Source: Chrysemys picta bellii
Lineage: Eukaryota
Reading direction: 5' to 3'
Length of the DNA: 64,000 nucleotides
Assembly: GCF_011386835.1 (NCBI RefSeq)
Contig: NC_088792.1
Location: forward strand, 287,308,001-287,372,000
This document shows positions 41,331-54,187 of the stretch, piece by piece (position 1 is the stretch's first letter; each line of letters opens with the position of its first letter). The notes beneath the pieces were generated by a model, which did no database searches, was not told the DNA's origin, and saw only the letters and a list, made by a program, of their open reading frames with translations. The translations under genes and the position numbers were made by a program.

Positions 41331-42464
41331 GAGACCTGAGAAGATGCTATCCCTGCCCCAGAGATCTGACAATCTAAATATTTGCTGACATGAATGAAGG
41401 TGACAAAGAGGTGATGAAGTAAGGGAAGTACAAGCTATACCATCACACTGATAAGCCATGTATGTATGTTCACAGTTAGGGAGTATAGAAAAATAATTGG
41501 AGCTCATTTTAGCATGTTGGTGAAGTTATGTAATTTCTAGATAGGCAACAATCTGGAAACTTTCTACTGTTTTTAAGAAACATAAATAAATAATGGTAAA
41601 CTTCAGGCCTTGTATGTTTCATCTGGGAACCTACTTGTTTTGAAATCCTTGGTGGTGAGGCTTCTCTTTGAGTGGCCAGTTGTGCTTTGCAGTACTAGCT
41701 GCTGTAAAAGACTCCCCTGCAGCCCCGCTCCCACCCAACCCCCTGAAAGAACACCCAGTATGGCTGATTGTAGCAATCTCATTCTGACATGTATCTTTTC
41801 TGCCATTCCCAACAGAGTCTATTAGTTACTGCTTCCAATCCTGGTCTTTGGGAATTAATAAAGCCATCAGTCAAGTGAAAGGTGTTTTTTCAAAAATTTT
41901 GTTATACTGAGAGAGAGCTGGTGAGCTGCACAGAAACAACACTTCATAAATCCATGATGCCCTCCTTGTCCTCTCTCTCACCCACTCACATACACAAATA
42001 TCCTGGCATATTTCAGTGTGTCACCTTTTGGGAATCGCTGCTTGGTGTTGAAGTGTCTGCGCTTCTGTGTTGATGCTTCAGACTGTCCAAGGAGCTGCTG
42101 CCCCTGAAAGGGGGGTTAGGGTCTGTATCTCCCAGGCGCGCTTTTGTCTCCCAGCAGGAAAAAAAATCCTTGTATTGTGCATGGGGGAGAGCGGGTGAGA
42201 AGAGAGGAAAAAGGGATGGTATTCTCCCCACGTTACTTCCACAATTCCAGAGTACTTGGCTGTTTCTGTTAGGATGATCAGCAGCAAAATAGTTCATGGT
42301 ACAGATTCAGTCACTGGAGGGGACGAGTGAATGTTCACACCTGTTATTTTAATATCCTGTTGATGTGCCACATAACCTTGCAGCTGCGTGCATCCATTTT
42401 TTTTAACTTGTGCTGCTTCTCCACTCTTTTAAATGTGGTTGCCATCTCAACACTGGCACAATGA

Positions 42465-42600
42465 GTCATAGGTTCCAAAGTCAGAAGGGACCATGGTGAT
42501 CATCTAGCCTGACCTCCTGTACGTCACAGGCCAGGGAACTCCCACAGAATAATTCCTAGAGCAGAGCTTTTAGAAAAACATCCATAGCGGTGCGTTGTTG
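42465..42600 (-). mobile_element. CR1 3'-end fragment
   Basis: tcatagg...agaagggaccatggtgatcatctagcctgacctcctg is the reverse of the CR1 tail seen at 52500-52550. Confidence 0.65.
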
Positions 42601-42783
42601 CAATCTCCGAGCTACTTTTTCAGGCTGTCGGTATTGCAGACTTGGTGTGACGGTGCTGTGTTGGGTCCCAGTCAAAGTTATTGTTGCAGTATAAGGGCTG
42701 TGTTGTAACGCTGACATCTCAACATTTTGCCACCGAGTGCTTTGGATATTGGCAGTCTTTGGAGGAGTCACTTAGTGGCAAAC

Positions 42784-42876
42784 GGAACAGGAGTTAGAGA
42801 CTAACAAAGGTGCCACAAGGACTCCTGTTCTTTTTGCGGATACAGACTAACACGGCTGCTACTCTGAAACCTGTCA
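42784..42876 (+). mobile_element. Minimal Penelope terminal-repeat insertion with TSD
   Basis: Penelope tail cggatacagactaacacggctgctactctgaaacctgtca; TSD ttagtggcaaac at 42772-42783 and 42877-42888. Confidence 0.8.
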
Positions 42877-45644
42877 TTAGTGGCAAACCGATTTAGTTCT
42901 AATATGTTTATTACCCACTGGGAGGTTCATCCAGTGTGACTAGGGGCTGTTGCCTCAACCAGCTACTTGATGGTACAGAATAATTCTCAGAGGCTGAAAT
43001 GTAAGGGAGGTGTGTTGCAATTCCAGTTATGAGAACCTTGGAGCTCTTGGTATGGGTCTATCGTGAAGGTCTTTTGAAACACAGTTTAACTCTGTCCCCA
43101 AGAATAACCTCCCCCTTCCCCAGACGTGGAATGGGAAGGCCTCTCCTTTATGTCATGTATTTCACCCTGTGAAGCACCAAAGTTCAGAATTACATAGCTA
43201 GGAATATTCTGCCTAGGAAGAGACTGGATTGTCAGAATCCAAATGTGATCTGGTGGAATGGGGAGTGGTCCGGTCTGGGACTGGGAGTCGGGACACGAGG
43301 GTTCTAATCCTATAACTGTGGCTAGGGGAGGGGGGGGATATAGTAGAGTTAGGGGATGGGGACACTGGAATCTTAGGTTCTGCACCAAACTCTGGTAGGG
43401 AGTGTAGGCTAGTGCAGGGCAGGGGTCCGAACTGCATTCGTGGCTTTAGGAGGCAGTGTTGTCTGATCTGATGATTAGAGCAAGGGAATGGCAGACAGAC
43501 AATCTCTCTGCTTCCCAGTAGGAAAACATGTCCGTGTTGTTTGCTGGGGAGACCCTGGAAGATGCACCTCATTTTCAGGAAAGTCTTGGGGGCGCAGCAG
43601 CCGTGTCAGCTCATTTCTGTGCACCCCAGTACCTCCCAAACAATGCCCTAAGCTTGCTTCGAAACAGCCACTGAACTGTTGTATCTGGTTTGTACACTGA
43701 CAGTGGCTCCTTCAGCTAAGAGACCAAAGCCTTACGACAAGTAGATGCTATTGAGTATAATACCTGCGTGTTGTACCAATGATATTTAGCATGCAGAAAG
43801 AGCTTTTCATATTCAAATTGTTTTACAAACCTTAACTAATGTAATCAGTGCAACTCTCAGAGAAGGAACGGAGCCTAATTGAGGTTTGTGAAATGCTCTG
43901 AGATCCTCTGGTTCAAAGCGGGTCCTCCCCTTGATGTGTACACAGTTCCCCTGGAGCAGAGGGTGCATGGATCCAGTTGCCCTTCCCATAACAAAGCTTC
44001 GGGATAAGCGAATGCCCCTTGAGGGCACGAACGGCTCTTGTCTGCTCCAAGCCCATTGCCATGGGAGGAGGCTGGCTGAGGTCGCTGTGCTTTGGATTAG
44101 GCCGGTAGCGATGGGCAGGGATGTTGCTGGTGTTTCCATGGAGTCTGTAGCCCTCGGAGGAATCTTGGCCCTCAGAGGGAGAACAGCAGCTTTGCGGGGG
44201 ATAAATGAAGCATTCTGGTTCTGCTGCCGAGGATTACGCTCTGCTTGGGGGAGATGGAAAAGGCCAGTTAGCTCAAGCCCATCCCCCTGGCAAGATTTGG
44301 TCCCCAGGCAGAGCATATCCTATCCTTGATCTGGGTTGAATGTCATATACCAGAGGGCCTAGGGAGATGCATTTCTCAGGCATCAGCTTCCTCCCTTTGC
44401 TAGCACGGCACTGTCCCTCCCCCTCCCTGCAAGGCTGTATTTTATTGCTGATGGGCCACCACCTGTTCAGCAGCTTGGCCCCCTCTCCTTCCTGGCAGTG
44501 CTGGCCCCTGAGGCTGGGGGGGCATGTATGTGTGTGTGCGCACAGGCATTGTACCTTCCCTCTTGGGGCACAGCAAGAGGCTGACAGGAGCAGTAGGGTT
44601 CAGGTGCTGCTGGATGAAGTGGCAGGGGGCCTGCTGGGTCAGCCAGGTGAGACTGGCTGATGGGGAGGGTGGGTTCATATGTTGGACTGGAGCATTAGGT
44701 AGGCTGGAGAGGATGTCATAAGGGAAAGCTGAAAATCCATCTCAGCTGACCAGCTTCACCACGTCTTGTGAGTCAAGGCCACCCACGAGAAGAACCTATG
44801 GGCCATCTTCTTTAGGGCTGGCCCCAGCCCCTTTTCTCTCTTCCTACGCAGTTCAATGCCACTTTCACAGCCAGGGGACTTGCTGCACTGCCAGAAACAC
44901 AGATTTGGGAGGCACTGATGAGGAACCCACAAGCTTCAGCAAGTGATTGCCCTTCTCTGCCTCAGTTTCCCCATTGTAAAATGGGGATGACACTAAGCTA
45001 CTTTAGCAAGGATGTGGGTGGAGCAGAGACTGTGGGTGTGAGCAGGAAACTCAGCTAGGTAGAGTTCAGCCTTTCTGCACTGGAAACCAGATGATCATAA
45101 TGGGCAGGATTCACAGATTCTACGGGCCCAGTATGTCCATCAAGTCCAACCTCCTGCAGAATGCAGGCCAGAACATTTCACCCAGCGATTGCGGAAGTCG
45201 AGGGAATGATTCTTTCCCTCCCATGTCAGTGAGGGCTAGTGAGTGCAAAAAGTTGTGATTGAACTTGCAGCATCTGTCTACACACTTCTGTGTCATGTAC
45301 AGCACCTTGCACAGCAGAAGCACTTCCCACCAGAATTCACAGTGAAGTTGATCAGTTTCAGGCATTGATGCCGCCTTGGTTTCTCCTGTTCTCTGCCTCC
45401 GGCAGGCCTCAATTTAGGCTTCCCAGGACTGAAAGGCTTTAGTTAGACCTAAGTTATTGGGGTCAATATAGGGGGAACGACGTAAATATGTAATAGGGAT
45501 CAGACTCGAGAGTCCCTTCTGGCCTTAAATGCTGCAAAAGAAAGGTTTGTTAGTTTTAAAATCCCTTGGTTCAGTAAAAGGGGGTTGCTAGGAATGCGGA
45601 GGAGAACAGATCTATCCACGCCTGGGACGATTGTGTCACTCTAA

Positions 45645-45939
45645 GGCCTGGTCTACACTGGGAGGGCGGGGGAAGAATCGATCTAAGATATGCAACTTCA
45701 GCTACGAGAATAGCATAGCTGAAGTCGATGTATCTTAGATGGAATTAAAATTCCTTACTTCGCGTCCTCATGGCGCTGGATCAACGACTGCGGCTCCCCT
45801 GTCGACTTTGCTTCCAAGTTCAGCAGTCGACAGGAGAGCGAGTGGGGATCGATTTATCGCATCTATACTACATGTGATAAATCGATCCCCGATAGATCGA
45901 TCGCTACCCGCCAATCCAGCGGGTAGTGTAGACGTACCC
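45645..45939. mobile_element. PIF/Harbinger-like multi-hairpin MITE
   Basis: TIR ggcctggtctacact / agtgtagacgtaccc flanked by TAA/TTA; four internal hairpins. Confidence 0.75.
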
Positions 45940-47860
45940 TTAATCAACAAACCGCTTCCCCTTAGCAAAAGGGGTTTATGGCTCTCCCCAGGAAACAGAG
46001 CTGTTCCTCTCTGAAATACACTTGCTTGTGTAACATTGCAAAGTTCTGTGTAGCACATGCCACAAACCAATTTATTAGCTCGGTGCCTTAAAAGGGAAAT
46101 GTAAATCATCACAGCAGCTGACTGCCTCCTCTGCAAACCTCAGGATTTTATGTGCTCATAAGACGCTTTTTTTTTTTTTTAGCTGGGTGAATTTTCATTC
46201 AGCCCCAGGGCTGGGATATAACTATCAAACTCATTCTAACTGCTGGCGCTCCTGCAAGCCAAGAAGGGGAATATGCAATTATACCTATTTATAGCATGTG
46301 AGCCCAAGGCTGCCGCACAGTGTTTTATTATGAAATGAAAGACTTTCTATGTGCACTTTGGGCAGGAGTTCCATTGACTCCCACCCCTCCCCCTTCTCCC
46401 TGCACCCTGGTGCTTTCCGATGCCTCTCACTGGAGGACATTCAGTCTAATGCAGAACAAGAGAGGGCCTTAAAGCACCAGCTACCTCCCTATGTCGGCGG
46501 ATCTCCAGGGCAACGCATTCCTCCTCTGCCCCAGCTGAGTTTGGCCTGCAAGCTCTCTCCAACCCCTACTTGCCATAGAATCTACTGTTCCCATTTACTG
46601 CTGCTCTCCCGGCTTTCATCTCCGCACTGCAACCAGAGATCACTCCCTCCTTCATTCATTATTATTTCCACGGCAAAAAGGTTCCAGCTGAGACCAGGGC
46701 CCCATCCTGCGAGGAGAACTGGTCAGTTTTGTTGGAAAATGCCAATTTTGCAGAGATGTAGTGGGCTGACGCATTTCCAGTGAACCAACAAGCAGGGTTT
46801 CGGCAGGCCGCTGGTAGGTCTCCAACCCAGTCGTCTGGTGGACTGCAGGGCTTCCAGGGTCCCTGCCACCGAGCAGGAAAAGTGCCACCCCTGGGAGCTC
46901 CAGTTGGCACCAGGGCTCTCAGCGTCCTAGGCTACCCTTCCTGCAGCTATGGACCTTGACTTGGCCCCTGGAGTAAGGGGCAGCTGGCTGCTCCAGTTCA
47001 TGCGGGAAGATACTGAACCAAAACAGTCTGATTTTGCTGCAAAATAAAAAAATCCAGACTCTCCTTTTCCCTGGGAAATGTCATGCTTTTGAGCTTCTGT
47101 TCCAGTTTGGAACAAAAACTTGTTCAAGAGGTCAAAGAATTTCTGTGCAGAACAGAAATTCAGAGTTTTGACCGGTGAGGAACTGCACAGCCACACAATG
47201 AGAAACAGTCCCTGCCCCGAAGAGCCCACAATCTAAATAGACAAGCCCAATGAAGGGTGGGGGAAATGAGGCGTGTTCTCCCCCTTGGACAGATGGGGAC
47301 CGGAGCAGAAGATTTGCCCTGGATTACACAGGGAGGCTATGGAAGAGCAAAGGATTGAACCCAGATCTCTCCAGTCCCTGCCTAACACTTCATGCACCCG
47401 CCCATCCTTCCTCCTTTCCCCAAATAGTCAGTGTGAGTTTTTAATTGGGTGTGTGTGTGTGTGTGTGAAGCTTTTGACTTTAGTTTTAAAGACAAAAAAT
47501 TAAGACCTTTCCCCAAGGGTCAAAGAAAACAATGCGGAAGCCTAGAACCTAGCAACCCCAGTGATCAAGTGCCTTACAACTAAGTGTGGCAGAATTCAAG
47601 TCTTCTGGGTTTTGTACTACTTCAATGGGCCATATCAATGTTTACATTGTTAAGCATTTCCCCCCCCTAATTTTTATCTATTTAAATTTTCACATTTGTG
47701 GGAAATCAGTGGGGGGCAAGTTTCAGACAATGGGGGCTCAGAGAGTAATTATTTAATGACCATAGATGTTGAGCTTCAAAAAGCGAGATCTGCGTAACTG
47801 TTAAAACCTGTTTTGTGAACATCACATGTTAAAATATACAAAGTAAATATCCTTAACTCA

Positions 47861-48160
47861 GAGACTAACATTTATTTGAGCATAAGCTTTCATGGACTAC
47901 AGCCCACTTCATCGGATGCATAAAATGGAACATCTAATAAGGAGATATATATACACATACAGAGAACGTGAAACGGTGGGAGTTCATGTTCTCTGTATGT
48001 ATATTTATCTCCTTACTAGATGTTCCATTCTATGCATCCGAAGAAGTGGGCTGTAGCCCACGAAAGCTTATGCTCAAATAAATTTGTTAGTCTCTAAGGT
48101 GCCACAAGTACTCCTGTTCTTTTCGCGGATACAGACTAACACGGCTGCTACTCTGAAACC
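47861..48160. mobile_element. Penelope fold-back remnant, 300 bp
   Basis: About 110-bp inverted arms; 13-bp TSD tatccttaactca at 47848-47860 and 48161-48173. Confidence 0.85.
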
Positions 48161-48515
48161 TATCCTTAACTCAAATTAAAATAAATTCTCAGGCAGAATT
48201 TGTTTTTTTCAGTAAATTTTGATAATGGACAGAAACATGTTTGGTGAAATTGACAATTAATGATATTTACCGATAAAAAACAAACCCTTCCAAACCTCCT
48301 CCTAAATACCATGATACAGGCACCTCGTTAGCTTGACACCCCCTTTAACCACACAGCAAAGACAGCAGACTATCAAATACTGCCATGCACATGTCCCTCT
48401 GAATGAGAAGACTTCAGCTCCACAGCCCATTCACCACTCACCCTCACTTCTGAAATGCAGCCAGCCAGTGCTGATTAATACTTTTCATTCATAAGATACA
48501 GGGGGTGGGATGTTG

Positions 48516-48638
48516 GCTGAAGAAGTGGGCAGTAGCCCACGAAAGCTTATGCTCTAATAAATGTGTTAGTCTCTAAGGTGCCACAAGTACTCCTGTTCTT
48601 TTTGCGGATACAGACTAACACGGCTGCTACTCTGAAAC
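48516..48638 (+). mobile_element. Penelope terminal-repeat remnant with intact hammerhead-like core
   Basis: CTGAAGA a GTGGGC agta GCCCAC GAAA GC ttat GC TC followed by the standard Penelope tail. Confidence 0.8.
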
Positions 48639-48949
48639 CTTTTCATAAAATAAATTTCAGCAGGAAATATCGGTTTTCAATGAGGTTTTTATTGGGGGGG
48701 GGGGGAAATCAGACAATATCCCCAAATGACCCTGTTTTTCAATGAAAACCTGAACATATTTGTAGAAAAAATGTAAACAACGATGAAAAACCTTACAATT
48801 CCTGACCAGCTCCAGGTGCAACCTCATGGTAGGGGGAGGATGGATGGAGGGGGACAGAACCTCGTCTTGTCCGGCGCTGTTCTTACTCTGGAGGGATCGC
48901 TCCTCCCGTCCCCCAAAAATTCAAGCTCCCTGCAATTCCCCCTCTCGGT

Positions 48950-49020
48950 GGCCCAATCCGAAGCTCACTAAAGCCAATGGAAAGATTCCTATTGACTTCA
49001 GTGGGCTTTGGACACTGCCC
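48950..49020. repeat. About 70-bp imperfect palindromic element
   Basis: tccgaagctcactaaagccaatggaa versus reverse complement of tcctattgacttcagtgggctttgga. Confidence 0.6.
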
Positions 49021-51240
49021 TATCCAGATTCCCCTCTCTCCTCCTGAGCCAGTCCCTCCAGCATCCTACCTCCTGGATCCTTTATTTCCTTCCCTCACGC
49101 CGCTCATTTCAACCGGAAGCCAATTCAGGGTCCTGCACGGGCGCTGCCTGCACAGCACTGCAGGGCTGCAAACGGGGGTGGAACAGAGACGGCTGGCTGC
49201 ATGGCTGAGAATTAGCCAACAGGATGGGGGGCAGCACATGAGATGGGAACTGGCCTTGCAGGGACATCGGTTCAGGCCCCTAAATGGAGGCCCTGTCCCT
49301 ATCTGTGTCATCCTCCAAAGCCACAGGAATATTGCATGATGCCACCTGCCAAGGTGCATTACGTAGCTGGAGTCCCAGGACCGTGAGCTTGGCGGACAGA
49401 TCCCGGCGGGAGCAGTGGGGGAAAGCCAGGCAGGCAACACATTTCAGAGCCATTTGGAGAAGGGGCCCACAGAGCACATCCTCCTCCCCTGGGCCATGCG
49501 TTGTGCTGGGGTCACAGCTGGCACTGAGTGGCTGGTCATGCAGCCAGTCAGAGATTGCCAAGAGCAAAGGCACTTTCTACTTCTGTTTGCAGCTCACCAC
49601 TCGGCTTAGAGCTGGCATTACCTACCCACCCCACACCAGAGCAAACGGGGGTCACAGTTCAGGAAGGATCTTCACTGCCCTGCTGTGGGTTCCCCTGCAT
49701 GAATGTGAGAGGGCTGTTAGCTCCATGCTGGGACCAGCTCACCGGGCAGGAGTGGGATGGCGGGCCTCAAGTCTCAGGCTGCCAGATGAGACAGAGAGGC
49801 TGAGCACTCAGGAGATCAGAGCTCTACGCTCTAATACCGAACTGGCTTGTGTCACTTTGCCGTCCCGTGCCTCGGTTTCCCCAGCTGTAGAATAGGGACA
49901 ATCATGCCACCCAGCCTTCGAGAGCCACAGAGGGAAAAGCACTCCACGCACTACCTTGTGATGGCCAAAGAACGCGGGTGCGTTCTCCGAGGGAGCAGGT
50001 CGGTAAGTATAGTTGGGAGTGGAGTCTTGTGCAGCCGGAACACAGCCTTATGGGTACCTCTGCATGTCATCGTTAACTCTTTCACTGCTGAGCATTTTAT
50101 CACACATCCAGACAACGTACTGTTGGTAGATGGAGTGGCTGACAATAGGACAGCGGAGCTGTTGGTCGAGGTTTGCTGACATGGGGAGATAAACGTTGAT
50201 GCCCCCGCCCAACCTACAATCACCACTGCCCAAAGGAGGGAGGAGATCAATTCCCTTTCCCCCTTCTAGCTACCAGAAGACCCAGTTACCCACCTCCCTC
50301 CCTGGTTCTGTCAATACAGTACCAGGTTTCACCGAGCATTTGGCGGGGCTGCGGGGGCTCCGACTTCGATTTGACAGTAAGCCAGGGACAGTGTGTAGTG
50401 ATGGATTTGGCGCTGCAGCAGAATGGAGGAGCTACGGTGCATGGAGGATTTGTACCAACCCCCCCTTATTGAAAATGCTGCAGCCGGAAGAGGGTTAACA
50501 CAACCTACAGCCACGGAACAGCTTCTTTTCCGCTTGCGATGCACTCTGCCTTAGACTGACCGCTGCTTGCCCTCAGGCCAGGGGCCAGCTTGCATGGACT
50601 AGAGCAGGTGGGGATGCCGTCACCATTAACCCTTTAGTTAGCAGAGGAGCCAAGAGATCAGCAGACCTTTGGAGGGCACCGTACAGCTCTATTTCACCGC
50701 CCGCTGCTGGCACCCATGGCTTCCTACGCCGCATGCCAGCTGGGGCTCTCCTGGGACTGCCGGTGCAGCTGCTAACAGGCAGCTGGAGCTTACGGTCTCT
50801 CCCAGGCCCCTGCTGCTACGTATTTCCTACCCACCCACCAGTGAAAAGAGTCAAGAATACAGGGAATTCCCCCATCACCCAGGCACTCAGAGGGAGCAGG
50901 GGTTGCTGGAACCTGGGGACTTGCACCTCCCTGCTAAAGGGGGAGGGAAGCTGCAGGCTGCATTAAGGCTCCATGAGCCACCCCCCCCCCCAGGAGAGCA
51001 TCCTATAAACCAGCACCTGCTCACACCGTCCCCCACCAGACCAGACACACCGGCACATGAGACGCTGGGTGGATCGGATCGGCACCAGGTTTCCCCGACA
51101 GCTGCGTGATCATTGCAGCGTGAGACGGCGAGCCTGGTGCCAAGGCTGCCTTCTGAGAATGGGCACCATCTCTAAACAAAGGAGAGCAGAAGAAGCCAGG
51201 ACTCTGGGCCAGCAGCTCCCACGTCCTGCTGTTGTTATTA

Positions 51241-51246
51241 TTTATT
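51241..51246 (-). terminator. PYCR3: Possible PYCR3 poly(A) signal AATAAA
   Basis: First tttatt on + strand, about 350 nt past the PYCR3 stop; lies in an AT-rich tract that could be repeat-derived. Confidence 0.4.
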
Positions 51247-51599
51247 AGGGACCCACCGTCCGGAGAGAGCACACAATGCGTATGGAATGGCTACGAGTGT
51301 GAAGTCCCCACAGCCGAGGCAGGGCTGGGCCAAGGCAGGTCAGGGGACTGCCAGGAACACAAGGGGACCCTGCCTCACCTGTGGGGAAGCCATGTCCCGT
51401 GGGGAAGGACTGGGGCTAGAGGATATCACTGGTGACCTGGAGCTGGGAATCCCTCAGGCAGGAAGAGAGGCACCTAGGAAGGGAAGAATGGGATCTACAT
51501 CCGCTGGACAACCTGGGAAACTTCCTTCCATCACGGGACGGAGATTCCACGTGGCTCAGACAGGCCAGGCGCCCCGGAACACCCCGCCCGGCTGGGCCC

Positions 51600-51782
51600 C
51601 TATCTCTCGCCCAGCTCGCGAGCCCGCATGGTCGCAGCCTCCACGGCGTTCATGACGGTGGCCCGCAGCGCCCCCTTCTCCAGCTCGTGCAGGGCGTGGA
51701 TGGTGGTGCCGCCAGGCGTGCAGACGTTGCTGCGCAGCTTGGCCGGGTGCTCCCCTGTCTCCAGGATCATCTTTGCTGCTCC
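51600..51782 (-). CDS. PYCR3: PYCR3 exon 6 ([27 protein letters not shown]...ELGER*)
   Basis: P5C reductase VxTPGGTT signature; TAG at 51600-51602. Confidence 0.96.
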   Translation of the reverse strand, partial: GAAKMILETGEHPAKLRSNVCTPGGTTIHALHELEKGALRATVMNAVEAATMRARELGER

Positions 51783-52124
51783 CTGCAAGAGGAGGCGGGT
51801 TCAGAGGAGAGCGGGATGGGTGGGGGGCTGTGATTTAGCATCCTATAACTGTCCCTGCTCTCTGATTTGGGGAGCTGGGGGAGGGAGACCATGCTCCATC
51901 CAAACTGCTCCCTTCCCAGGAAGAGACACAAGCTCACTCTGTGGCCTTTGGGAACAGAACCTAGGTCTCCCAACCTGGGTGCCTTGCTCTGATTGCTAGA
52001 CAGCGCTGCCTCCCATTGTCATACATGGTGTGAATGCCATTAACACAAGAGTTACGGGGAACCAGGTCAAACTCTCGTCAGAGTAATGCAGCTAATGTAC
52101 CCCATTGTAAATTCATGACCTGCT

Positions 52125-52550
52125 TCCTCCAAGTGCCTTACAATGATAGACTCACGGAGCTTGGTCTATTTAGCTTAATGAAGAGCAAGTTAAGGGGTGA
52201 CTTGATCACAGTCTATAGGTACCTACATGGGGAACAAATATTTGATAATGGGCTCGTCAGTCCATCAGAGGAAAGTCTAACACCATCCAATGGCTGGAAG
52301 TTAAAGCTAGACAAATTCAGACTAGAAATAAGTCAGAATTTTTTAACTGTGAAGGTAATTGGCCATTGGATCAATTTACCCCAAGGGTCTTGGTGAATTC
52401 TCCATCACTGGCAATTTTAAAATCCAGATGGGCTGTTTCTCTAACAGCTCTGCTCTAGGAATGATTTGGGGGCAGGTCTCTGGCCTGTCTAAAACACAAG
52501 GTCGGGCTAGATAATCACAATGGTCCCTTCTGGCCTTAGAATCTATGATG
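52125..52550 (+). mobile_element. CR1 LINE 3' fragment in PYCR3 intron 5
   Basis: YNDRLTELGLFSL..KLRGDLITVYRYLHG..SNGWKLKLDKFRLEI; tail ggtcccttctggccttagaatctatga. Confidence 0.85.
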
Positions 52551-53258
52551 GATGCAAGAAATTGGCCAGTTGGTAATCCTCAGATTAAGGGGCAGCTGGC
52601 TCCAGGTGCCCTCTTCCCCAGTCTGTGCACGGGGATCCTACCTCTAGCCTGCATCCTGCTCCCCCTCTGTTCACATGGTTCTGGTTTCGCTAACTGGAAG
52701 GACTTTGGGGCAGTTAGTGACTCTTCCTAGGTTTGTCTGGTGCAGCTGCAACCACCTCCTCCCTCTGGTGGCCATGCTAGGACAGCCAAAGAGGCTTTGC
52801 TTCTTCCCGTTCAGCCCCATCACGTCCTGGATGAGTCCCCAGGAATCTTTTGCACTGACTGCAAGGATTCTTAAGCAGCAAGGCCCCTACGGGTCCCAGA
52901 GGAGCCCTTACACCCTTGGCTGGTCACAGCTCAGCTCAAACGGCAGAGTCCGTCAGAGAAGCTAAGGGGATAGGAACCAAGGTGTGGTAAGATAGCAACA
53001 GCTAAGGAATTACTGGAAAGGCAGATGGAACCACAAGGCTCAGAGGCGATACAGGACTTTTCCTTAAGACTGAGAGCTTGTCCTGGGCACTTGCTGTCCG
53101 GGCAGTAGCAGCGGGTGCTGCTGGCTGCATAGGGGAACCCAGGACTGGAATAGACGTCGGAACTGCAGGTCAGAAGAAAGGTGCATTGGCGCTGATGGAG
53201 GGGACAGGACTGGGTTAAGCAGGGGAATCTGAAGACTGACAGCGAAGTCCAAACTTAC

Positions 53259-53351
53259 CAGCAGTGTCTGGGCTGCAATTTTATTGGCCAAGGCACTGGG
53301 CATGCCCATCTTCACAGCACCGTCTGCCAGGGCTTCGGCAAACAAGTAAAC
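53259..53351 (-). CDS. PYCR3: PYCR3 exon 5 (VYLFAEALADGAVKMGMPSALANKIAAQTLL)
   Basis: AG/GTAAG boundaries, 93 nt. Confidence 0.96.
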
Positions 53352-53974
53352 CTGGAGCAGGGAAAGGCGGACGTTCAGGGAACAGCTAGATCTTATGCCT
53401 GTTGCTTCTGGAGGACAGGACATGGAGGCCTCCTAGGACAGGAGCCAGCCTGGCAGTGCTGAACCAGCAGAGCCTTCCAAAAGCTGCTGGCCACCATCCT
53501 GATCCTGGCAGAAATCAGACGCCCATGAAGCTATAAGCAAGTTACAGGCAAGGGACTGAGGTCTCCAGCTGGACTCCGTCAGACCCCTGATTCCCAAGCC
53601 TCTATGGGCAACGGCTCCAGTTACTAGACTAAGAGCTCAGCTGGGCCCCCCGTGTGCTGTCTAACCTACCAGGGGCGCAGGCTGCCCCACTCTAAGATCA
53701 CATGGTTTAGAGGCAGCCGAGGGTCTAGCACGGGCATGAGCACACACAGCTCAGCAGGCACCAGGGATTTGTCCTTCAGGGAGCGAGGGGAGCCCCGGGT
53801 GCCCATCGGAGAAGCCTCAGGTGTCAGGACTGATAACCCAGAGCACTGCTTGGGAGTCGCTGTATGGAGCTGCAGACAGGCCAGGGTGGAGGGAACAACC
53901 CTGCCCTGGCAGGGCTGGCAGATGATTAACCGCGAAATCCCTGGGGCTGGAGGGCCCAGCGCAAGGGCACTTAC

Positions 53975-54187
53975 GTAGGCTACCCCGCTGCCACTCAGGC
54001 CTGTGTGGATATCGAGGTAGGACTCCGGCGTTTCTTCACACAGCCCGCAGGCGGACAGCAGGCTTCTCAGCAGGGCGGCCTCCTGCTCCCCAGCACAGCT
54101 CCCCCGGGCAACCACCACTGCCCCCTCCTGCACCACGCAGGGCAGGTTGGGCATGACCCGCAGCACCTTGGTCCCAGCAGGGAGAAG
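53975..54187 (-). CDS. PYCR3: PYCR3 exon 4 ([16 protein letters not shown]...[11 protein letters not shown])
   Basis: RVMPN and SGSG motifs; 213 nt, phase 0/0. Confidence 0.96.

Noticed and set aside
37036-51240. Search for an extra gene between TIGD5 and PYCR3
   Set aside because: Only short ORFs without domains, plus repeats; no exon chain found
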